Assembly (NCBI RefSeq): GCF_018398935.1
Contig: NZ_CP074694.1
Coordinates: 3,930,001 to 3,962,000 of the forward strand
Reading direction: 5' to 3'
DNA length: 32,000 bases
Origin: Telmatocola sphagniphila
GTDB lineage: Bacteria > Planctomycetota > Planctomycetia > Gemmatales > Gemmataceae
Shown here: positions 25,567 to 32,000 of the stretch, one piece after another
Layout of the letters: every line of letters starts with the position of its first letter
Numbering within the stretch: position 1 is the first letter of the stretch
The notes under the pieces: model-generated
What the model was told of the DNA's origin: nothing
The model's input: only the letters and a program-made list of their open reading frames with translations
Databases searched by the model: none
Position numbers and translations under genes: made by a program

Positions 25567-26214
25567 TCAGGGTCTATCACCACTCGAAATCGCAGGCCTC
25601 GAAGCCGCCGCCAAGTCCTGATCCATTGGTTTAATGACAGAAGGAATTGCACGATTATCTGAGCTTTCTCGCGAAGGCGGCTGGATAGCTGCTCCTCGAT
25701 TGCCCTCCATGAGCTCCCGCTTTTGATTCTCAAGTGCTTGTTTGACCGCTTCGCGAATGAGAGCCTTAACATCATCGGGGAGTTCGCGTTCGTTTATCGG
25801 CGTTTGCCCCACTCGAATCGGAGTCTGAAAATTCGCGGGCGTAATCTGTGGCGTGATGGGTGCCTGGGGAGGCACTGGAGCTTGAGGTAGATTCGAAACC
25901 GGATTCGCGTAGTTTGATTGCGCTTGGGAGGTTGGAGCCTGAGGAGGTGTCGGTGCCTGTGGCATCACTGGTTGTGGAATGGTTGGGACGGGCTGAGCAT
26001 AGTTGGGTTGGGCGTACGCCATCGGAGCTTGAGGCGGTATAGGAGCTTGAGGCTGCATCATAGGTTGTGCCATGCTCGGCACAGCCTGCACGTAGCAGAC
26101 TTGCGGATAACTGGCATGGGCTCCATGCCGCGGATGGTCGCAAGCTGAAGCCGAATCAGCGACTACGAGCAAGGTCGAGATGCCGAAAATCGATTTTAAG
26201 AATAACGCCTTCAT
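25567..26214 (-). CDS. Secreted Pro/Gln-rich low-complexity protein, 215 aa
   Basis: The signal peptide is MKALFLKSIFGISTLLVVADSASA, and PQAPxPPQAP-type repeats follow. GGAGAC is upstream of the ATG. No family was recognised. Confidence 0.6.
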   Translation of the reverse strand: MKALFLKSIFGISTLLVVADSASACDHPRHGAHASYPQVCYVQAVPSMAQPMMQPQAPIPPQAPMAYAQPNYAQPVPTIPQPVMPQAPTPPQAPTSQAQSNYANPVSNLPQAPVPPQAPITPQITPANFQTPIRVGQTPINERELPDDVKALIREAVKQALENQKRELMEGNRGAAIQPPSRESSDNRAIPSVIKPMDQDLAAASRPAISSGDRP

Positions 26215-26508
26215 TTTAGTCTCCGCTTTGAATTAGTTTGTACATCGGCGAAGCATTTTCGCCATTCCTACCAAGGAATTGCCGTGAGCGAAAACAGGCG
26301 GCCATTTATTTTTTTGGAATTTGCGAAATTCACGAAATCATTCATCGATTTGAAGAGCAATCATGAGAATCTGCTCGATCTGAGAGAACGAGAAGCACTC
26401 CTTGAGATCGCTGTACAAGTATGGCCTGTGGCGATGTGACTGCTGAGAAAAAGCTTGCACTTTATCCTTGCCGTTTTGGACCTCCTCGCCGGAACCTTTC
26501 GATTAGCT

Positions 26509-26552
26509 CCCCATCGAATTGAGTGGCGTACTTCCTCTATAATCCAAACCTA
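26509..26552 (+). repeat. Copy B of the 44-bp repeated sequence, just upstream of the 170-aa ORF
   Basis: See copy A. Copy B contains TATAAT (26538-26543) and is followed by AGGAGG and the ATG at 26565. Confidence 0.75.
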
Positions 26553-26564
26553 CAGGAGGACTAA

Positions 26565-27077
26565 ATGCTCAAAGCCACGGTTTCCCTCAGTCGAAAACTC
26601 AGCCAGGACTACAACTCCACCGGTTTTACCGTCAGCCTGGACGGAGAAATTCCTTTTCCACCCAGCGATCACGAAGGTGTTCTGGAAAAAGTGAGTGAAC
26701 TCTTTGACCTGGCCGAGGAGGCCCTGAACCGAGAAATCGAAGAGAGCCGAGACCGAGAAATTGATCCGCCGTCATCGAAAACATCCCCATCGATTCCAAC
26801 CAACAACGAATCGAGCAACGGACACGCCAATCCCGCCCGTAGAACTGAGCCGTTGTCAATGAATCGTCCCGATTACAACAGCCCGAACGGAAAAGCAGAT
26901 CAGGCAACACCGAAGCAACTGCAATTCCTGGAAACGATGGCCCGACGGAACAAACTCACCGATCAGCAACTGGAACTTCGAATCAAGGAGGTGATCGGGC
27001 GACCCTGTACGATCCATCAGTTAACCAAGAAGGAAGCAGGGAAAGTGATTGATAGTCTGAATGCTGTCAAAGGCTAA
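26565..27077 (+). CDS. Hypothetical protein, 170 aa
   Basis: A strong AGGAGG lies 6-7 nt upstream of the ATG. The middle is acidic and low-complexity. The C-terminal helical block is ATPKQLQFLETMARRNKLTDQQLE...LTKKEAGKVIDSLN. The GC-rich codon usage resembles that of the DUF932 gene. No family was recognised. Confidence 0.6.
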   Translation: MLKATVSLSRKLSQDYNSTGFTVSLDGEIPFPPSDHEGVLEKVSELFDLAEEALNREIEESRDREIDPPSSKTSPSIPTNNESSNGHANPARRTEPLSMNRPDYNSPNGKADQATPKQLQFLETMARRNKLTDQQLELRIKEVIGRPCTIHQLTKKEAGKVIDSLNAVKG

Positions 27078-27114
27078 AACCCGGGATGGAATTCTAAGAT
27101 ATTGGGCACACAGG

Positions 27115-27159
27115 AGCGGTAACCAGAACGCGGAAACCCAAAACCGCTGACTTTTTTTT
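27115..27159 (+). terminator. Possible terminator of the 170-aa gene (imperfect hairpin plus T8)
   Basis: AGCGGT (27115-27120) pairs with ACCGCT (27143-27148), with an inner GCGG/CCGC option. A T8 run follows at 27152-27159. The stem is weak. Confidence 0.3.
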
Positions 27160-27170
27160 CACCGGCCGGG

Positions 27171-27202
27171 AAAAGCACAAAACAATGGCCGTCCATGGCC
27201 AT
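27171..27202 (-). terminator. Possible terminator of the 151-aa gene
   Basis: On the minus strand, ATGGCC-ATGGAC-GGCCAT is followed by TGTTTTGTGCTTTT, 20 nt after the stop at 27222. Confidence 0.35.
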
Positions 27203-27221
27203 GCGGCATCCTGTTACCTTA

Positions 27222-27677
27222 CTACTCCCCCGCGATAGCCTTTGCGCTATCAAGCATCTGCTTTGCAGCAAGGTTCCTTGCTTGATAGAGCATATTGGCT
27301 GGGTTTTTGAGAAGCTCCCGATATGCCTCATTAGAGTGACGCTTGAATTCCGCCAGTTTACCCCCCAACAGTGCTTCTTTTGTGTATGCCTCCCATTGGC
27401 CGCCGCGTGCGTGCCAGAGCCCTGTCGGAGTTCGCTTGAAGACCTGCCCCTCTTCGTAGTAGAACTCGAACTTTCCCCCGCCGTTGTCGATGACGGTGAA
27501 GTAGGCCTTGCCCACAGGATAGGCTCTTTTGTTTCCGGATTCGTAGTACGTATAACCGGTACTGTCCTTTCTGGGCGACCACTGTTCATCCTGAGCTCCA
27601 GCTGTTCCCCCGCCGAAGAGGGTGAAAAAAGCCAGGGCTGCCAGCGTCAAAAAATGTGTGTGAAACTTCGTAAACAT
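27222..27677 (-). CDS. Secreted hypothetical protein, 151 aa
   Basis: The signal-like N-terminus is FLTLAALAFFTLFGGGTAGAQ, and AAGGAG is upstream of the ATG. I prefer this ORF to the overlapping track ORFs 27074..27589 (-) and 27195..27809 (+), which lack such features. Confidence 0.6.
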   Translation of the reverse strand: MFTKFHTHFLTLAALAFFTLFGGGTAGAQDEQWSPRKDSTGYTYYESGNKRAYPVGKAYFTVIDNGGGKFEFYYEEGQVFKRTPTGLWHARGGQWEAYTKEALLGGKLAEFKRHSNEAYRELLKNPANMLYQARNLAAKQMLDSAKAIAGE

Positions 27678-28341
27678 CGTACATTCTCCTTTGCCCTTTC
27701 GGGCACTTTTGAGGTTGTGGGGCCTTTTATTATTGTTGCCCCCGTTAATAAGAGAATTGCCGTCCGCAGAAATGAGCGGCCCAAAAAAAGCAAAAATCTT
27801 TTCAAGTGATTGACAAGTTTGGCAAAGCGTGAGGCAATCTATCCGTGTCGTTCCAGAAAACGAAGTATTTTCTTATTCCTTAACTTCGAATGAAAAGTAA
27901 TTACTAATATTACGGCACGCCAAGGCAGGAAATCTCTGATCCCAGGTGAAGACGGCAGAGATCCGCCGGGGGAAGCCATGTAAAAAGTTCCGAACGCAAT
28001 TCAGGCAACTCGATGAACTGCCACATCGGTCTGAAGAATCGCTGAGCTGATGGTTCAAAGGACTTCGTTTTGTCGGTATCATCGAATATCAAATCAAGGG
28101 AAGGTAAACACCAAAATACCTGATTTGAACGCATCTGATGCGTTCGGCGATCCAGATCTCACTTTCTGTTTCAATTTTTTTGGCCTGTATCTTCCACTAA
28201 CGGCAATTTCAAAGTGTAGGCGAGTTCACGATTGGGTGACTTGTCCGAGAAACAAGAAGTAAGTCCAGGATTAGCATGCGAGGCACTGCAATAAAAAATG
28301 ACAGTGTTGAGATAATAGCCTGGCGCACAGGAGAATTTGAC

Positions 28342-28593
28342 ATGGGTGACATCCACATGCCTTTTAATTCCTATTTTCTACCGGAAGCAACATTCATCGT
28401 CGGTGCCGCATTGGTGGTTGTCACCTTCGCAATTGTCCTGCTACGTCAGATGCGGAAGATTTTAATCGTAGTGGCTTTTTTCATCGTGCTCGGTTGGGGA
28501 TTTTTCTTGTACCCAAAATACTCGAATGAGTTACCATGGAAGGACATCCAGCATCGATTCGAAAATCTGAGATTGGACTCGCACGGGCGTTGA
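28342..28593 (+). CDS. Small two-TM membrane protein, 83 aa
   Basis: The internal ATG at 28342 has AGGAGA (28329-28334) 7 nt upstream. Two hydrophobic helices are present: ATFIVGAALVVVTFAIVLL and ILIVVAFFIVLGWGFFLY. Confidence 0.4.
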   Translation: MGDIHMPFNSYFLPEATFIVGAALVVVTFAIVLLRQMRKILIVVAFFIVLGWGFFLYPKYSNELPWKDIQHRFENLRLDSHGR

Positions 28594-28723
28594 TTACTTA
28601 ATTTTCTCCACGCCAGACTCCACATCGGGAAGAAACGCGATTACCCGTGTCGATATCCGAATATTCCTCGATCTAACACCTCGAAATTCGAAAGGGAAAT
28701 TTCTCGAATAACTTCAACGGTTG

Positions 28724-28756
28724 CTCCCTCTCGTAAGAAAGGGAGTTAATTTTTTT
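28724..28756 (+). terminator. Putative rho-independent terminator
   Basis: CTCCCT (28724-28729), a 10-nt loop and AGGGAG (28740-28745) are followed by TTAATTTTTTT. Confidence 0.35.
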
Positions 28757-29041
28757 CATCACACCGTATGATTCCGAGACTACATGCTTGAAGAAGGCTT
28801 TCTACTGATCTCGGTTCAACTCAAACACTGAAAACTCCACACGAAGGATACAAGGTAGTAGCGTTCGATCGGAGATGCTCTCAAGTGGGATGAAGGCGAG
28901 ACTTCCCTCTGTAGGACAAATAGCCAGGCTGAGAGGCGACACACCCCAAACCTGGAACGCGCGACGCAGCATCTTCCGTTCAGTACAGCACTTTCAGGGT
29001 TTATTGCAAGATCATCTTGCATGGAAAATCGAGTCACTTCT

Positions 29042-29048
29042 GTAGTAT
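29042..29048. repeat. Left copy of the 7-bp target-site duplication GTAGTAT
   Basis: It is identical to 30527-30533 and directly abuts the IS inverted repeats. Confidence 0.7.
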
Positions 29049-30526
29049 CTGCACTTTCCCAGAAAGTCTTAACAATTTAGGGGTATTGGGAATTTGAATT
29101 GCTCTTGAAAAAGCCGGTGCTTCCGTCAGCATGGTGGTGCTTAAAAAACATCAAGCCAGGAAGGCACCGGCCATGGAAGTATCTCGTTTTCCCTCCTTTC
29201 TGTCCAGCGCTTTTTCCGCCCTGGTCTTCTTTTTGGATGCTCGAATCCAGTCGCTAACCGTGCGTATCTTCCGCGGCATGTTCCTCGCTCAGGACCAGCG
29301 ACGCACCGCCTCCCGATGGTTCCGAGCCGCCGGTATCCGTCGAAAGTACAAGTCGGCCTACCGGCACCTTGCAGCGGTCGGTCGAGAATCCCTTTCGATG
29401 AGTACCGCCGTGGGACGACTGGTTCTCAAACACCCGGCGGCCCAATCCGAGAAGATCGTGATTGCTCTGGATGACACCCTCACCAAACGTTACGGTCCGA
29501 AGGTCGAAGGGGCCGGAATTCACCACAATCCGACTCCGGGTCCGATCGGACAGTTGCTCGAATACGGGCAGAACTTCGTCGTGGCGGCTTTATTGGCCTG
29601 GCATCCTCTCCACGGCGTTATCGGCTTGCCTTGGCGAGCCCAGTTATACGTCCGCCAGAAAGAGGTCGCGACGCTTCCCCGCAAGTACCAGTGGAAGTTT
29701 CGGACCAAGCTGCAACTGGCGGTGGAGATCCTGCAATGGCTCTCGAAGTCTTTGTTTTCTCCGGGGAAAGCAGTCTGGATCGTGGCGGATGGCGGCTATG
29801 CGAAGAAACCGATTCTGCGGGCGTGTCGGCAGTTGAACTTCACATTGATCAGTCGGCTCCGCAAGGATGCCGCCCTATACGAGTTGCCCTCTCCCTCCAA
29901 AGGTCGGGGGCGTCCCCGCAAGTACGGAGAGAAGCGAATCGACTTGGCCAAGCGAGCGGCTCATGCCCGGGGATGGTCGTCGGCCTCCCTGCAGTTGTAC
30001 GGTCGCCCAGAAGTCAAAACGTACAAGAGTTTTCTGGCGACCTGGAAGTCGGCGGAGGGAGTCATCCGCGTGGTTCTGGTTAAAGAGAAAAAAGGGTGGA
30101 TCGCTTTCTTCTCGACGAATCCGGAGGCGACGGTGGCCCAGATCCTGGAAACCGTGGCCAGCCGCAATGCCATCGAGCAGGTCTTCAAGGACGTCAAGGA
30201 AGTTTGGAGAGCCGGTCAGCAGCAATTGCGAAACCTGCACGCCAACATCGGCGCGTTTCACATGAACCTGTGGATGATGACTTTGACCGAACTGTGGGCT
30301 TGGGATCAACCGCAAAGGAAGTTGGTGGATCGTTCCGATCGTCCCTGGGATAATCGGCCGCGACGGCCTTCTCATAACGATCGACGCAAGTCGTTGCTAA
30401 AGCTGATTTTGCAAGAAGAATTTCGAGCACTTCCGCAAAGCGGGCCCGGAACGCGAAAATACAAAATAGCCGTCAAACGCTTGTTCCAAATGGCCTGCTC
30501 CGCTTAGATTATCTGGGAAAGTGCAG
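29049..30526 (+). mobile_element. Complete 1478-bp insertion sequence with a single DDE transposase gene
   Basis: Perfect 15-bp terminal inverted repeats are CTGCACTTTCCCAGA (29049-29063) and TCTGGGAAAGTGCAG (30512-30526). They are flanked by the 7-bp direct repeat GTAGTAT. Confidence 0.85.
29131..30507 (+). CDS. DDE transposase (IS4/IS701-like superfamily), 458 aa
   Basis: Candidate catalytic residues are IVIALDDTLTKRYG (D), WIVADGGYAKKPIL (D) and AIEQVFKDVKEVW (E). The ORF fills the IS. The family-level call is tentative. The start could be the second ATG (MEVSRF...). Confidence 0.85.
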   Translation: MVVLKKHQARKAPAMEVSRFPSFLSSAFSALVFFLDARIQSLTVRIFRGMFLAQDQRRTASRWFRAAGIRRKYKSAYRHLAAVGRESLSMSTAVGRLVLKHPAAQSEKIVIALDDTLTKRYGPKVEGAGIHHNPTPGPIGQLLEYGQNFVVAALLAWHPLHGVIGLPWRAQLYVRQKEVATLPRKYQWKFRTKLQLAVEILQWLSKSLFSPGKAVWIVADGGYAKKPILRACRQLNFTLISRLRKDAALYELPSPSKGRGRPRKYGEKRIDLAKRAAHARGWSSASLQLYGRPEVKTYKSFLATWKSAEGVIRVVLVKEKKGWIAFFSTNPEATVAQILETVASRNAIEQVFKDVKEVWRAGQQQLRNLHANIGAFHMNLWMMTLTELWAWDQPQRKLVDRSDRPWDNRPRRPSHNDRRKSLLKLILQEEFRALPQSGPGTRKYKIAVKRLFQMACSA

Positions 30527-30533
30527 GTAGTAT
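30527..30533. repeat. Right copy of the 7-bp target-site duplication GTAGTAT
   Basis: It is identical to 29042-29048. Confidence 0.7.
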
Positions 30534-30590
30534 GATATCGGGCACCAAAATCGATGTGACAATCTCAAATGTTGGGGACTGTGTGCGAAC

Positions 30591-32000
30591 ATGAATCCCT
30601 CTCCTGTGAATTCTGCTTCCTTACTCGAATCGATCGATGAATCCGCACGTCGCGAGTTCGAAGCATCTTGGGCAACTGGCTCGCCCCGCCTGATCGAAGA
30701 TTTCATCCCACGGCCTGATGATCCTCGACGATTGGCGACGCTTGAAGAACTCGTCAGTATCGAACTCGAACTTGCTTGGAAGGCATTTCAAAAGTCAAGA
30801 GCAGGTCCACAACCCTCTCGTGTCGAGAATTACCTGTCGCGATTCCCTGAATTGAATTCTTTCAATATCGTCTCTCGTCTGCTCAGGCAAGAATTCGATA
30901 TACGAAAGAATTATGGGGATCGACCTTCAACCAACGAGTTCCGCGAGCGATTTCCCGAGTTCGCAACTGTTGTAGACAAATTGGAAACCGACGCGACAAA
31001 TGATAATGTCCAAGGTGAAGATAAACCGCCAGTAGTCGACGGGTATGAAGTCCTCAGGGTCTTGGGCAAAGGGGGTATGGGAGTTGTCTACGAGGCTGTC
31101 GAAGGCCGACTCGAGCGCTTAGTGGCTTTAAAAACATCTCGATTAGGATCGGGAAAGAACAACTCAGAAATTCGGATGCGATTCCTGGCTGAAGCACGCG
31201 TTGCCGCTCGGCTTGAGCACCCCGGTGTTGTTCCGGTTCACGAACTAGTGACGCCTTCGTCGGGCGAGCCATTTTACACGATGAAGCTTGTTCGAGGTAA
31301 AAGTCTGGCTGACGCAATTTATGAATTCCATGCCTCGAAACGACCCCCTAGCGAACAGGCCGTCGCCCGCCGACGGTTGATCGAAGCCTTCCTCGCGGTC
31401 ACTCGAACTATGGCATTCGCCCATGAGAAAGGCGTAATTCATCGTGACTTAAAGCCGGCGAATATTGTACTCGGAGAATATGGCGAGACACTAATACTCG
31501 ATTGGGGCTTGGCAAAAGAACTAAGCGAAGTTGGACCAGACGATTCGCATTATTCCGAAGCAAAGATCTCATCCGTCGAATTGACCGCGCGCGGTGTAGT
31601 ACTCGGAACACCTGCTTACATGTCTCCCGAACAGGCGGCAGGCCGAACGGATGAAGTAGATGCTCAAAGCGACGTCTATGCACTCGGAGCTATTCTTTAC
31701 CACATTTTGACGGGCCAACTACCTCATCGTTGTGTAGATGGAAATATCCTGCAATTCATACTGGAGAGCGAACCAGTACGTCCTTCGATAGCAGCGGCGA
31801 ACGTTGCACGTCCATTGGAAGAAATCTGCCTGAAGGCGATGACCAAGCGGCGAGAGGATCGCTATCCGACGGCAAAAGCACTCGCGGACGATGTAGAGCG
31901 ATGTCTAGCGGGAGAGCCAGTCTCGGTTTACAGGGAACGATTGCACGAAAGGTTTGCCAGGTGGTCGCGCCGGAATCGTCTTCTCGTCGCTACCGGCAGT
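30591..32000 (+). CDS. Ser/Thr protein kinase, N-terminal 470 aa, open to the window end
   Basis: My own translation from ATG 30591 shows no stop through 32000. Kinase motifs are GKGGMGVVYEA, VALK, HRDLKPANIVL, DWGLAK and GTPAYMSPEQ. The N-terminal roughly 140 aa are paralogous to the N-terminus of the 1399-aa kinase. It is absent from the ORF track because there is no stop in the window. Confidence 0.85.
   Translation, partial: MNPSPVNSASLLESIDESARREFEASWATGSPRLIEDFIPRPDDPRRLATLEELVSIELELAWKAFQKSRAGPQPSRVENYLSRFPELNSFNIVSRLLRQEFDIRKNYGDRPSTNEFRERFPEFATVVDKLETDATNDNVQGEDKPPVVDGYEVLRVLGKGGMGVVYEAVEGRLERLVALKTSRLGSGKNNSEIRMRFLAEARVAARLEHPGVVPVHELVTPSSGEPFYTMKLVRGKSLADAIYEFHASKRPPSEQAVARRRLIEAFLAVTRTMAFAHEKGVIHRDLKPANIVLGEYGETLILDWGLAKELSEVGPDDSHYSEAKISSVELTARGVVLGTPAYMSPEQAAGRTDEVDAQSDVYALGAILYHILTGQLPHRCVDGNILQFILESEPVRPSIAAANVARPLEEICLKAMTKRREDRYPTAKALADDVERCLAGEPVSVYRERLHERFARWSRRNRLLVATGS

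Noticed and set aside
26515-26543. I considered a sigma-70 promoter call for the 170-aa ORF (TATAAT at 26538-26543).
   Set aside because: The -10 hexamer is perfect, but the best -35 candidates (TCGAAT/CGAATT at 17-18 nt spacing, TTGAGT at 13 nt) are poor. Planctomycete promoter consensus is also not well known to me. It is mentioned in the repeat finding but not called as a feature.
27910-28134. A 74-aa minus-strand ORF has an F-box-like stretch (ELPELRSELFTWLPPADLCRLHL).
   Set aside because: The match is short. There is no convincing RBS or downstream domain, and the ORF ends immediately after the motif. It cannot be supported from sequence alone.
28594-29041. I examined ORF 28816..29037 (-) and a GTTCGATC T-loop-like string, as a possible tRNA or IS target gene.
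   Set aside because: The flanking bases do not form acceptor or T stems. The ORF lacks an RBS and any recognisable sequence. It is treated as non-coding DNA upstream of the IS.

Overview
This window looks like a planctomycete-type chromosome segment. That assignment is an inference from gene content: an ECF sigma factor beside a 1399-aa Ser/Thr-kinase/WD40 protein, a PDZ+Sel1-repeat protein, and a second kinase with the same N-terminal module. The left half carries horizontally acquired DNA. Positions 1-350 are the end of an ISL3-like IS, which has cut a helicase/primase-like gene (remnant 351-1592). Positions 1993-13301 hold eight co-directional minus-strand genes built around a complete type I R-M system: hsdM 8183-9709, hsdS 6861-8186 and hsdR 2721-5909. 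Four non-canonical partners accompany it. (1) A DUF4917/SIR2-like protein lies at 12120-13301. (2) An orphan half-size HsdS-like protein (11432-12028) has a stop that overlaps (ATGA) the start of a 552-aa protein with a C-terminal PD-(D/E)xK-like motif (9777-11435). (3) A DUF2971-like protein sits between hsdS and hsdR (6001-6831). (4) A DUF45/M48 HExxH metallopeptidase is ATGA-coupled to hsdR (1993-2724). The half-HsdS plus nuclease-like pair, possibly together with the SIR2-like gene, is my best candidate for an undescribed system. A DUF932 gene (13709-14686) is transcribed divergently from the island. A 44-bp sequence just downstream of it recurs 11.75 kb away, upstream of a 170-aa ORF (26565-27077). 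The right half encodes the ECF sigma factor, the kinase, the PDZ-Sel1 protein, a secreted protein with 72-bp tandem repeats, and several small secreted or membrane proteins. It also contains a complete 1478-bp IS (29049-30526) with perfect 15-bp IRs and a 7-bp target duplication, inserted 57 bp upstream of the second kinase (30591 to the window end). I saw no rRNA, tRNA or CRISPR array. All family assignments come from motifs read by eye; no database search was run.
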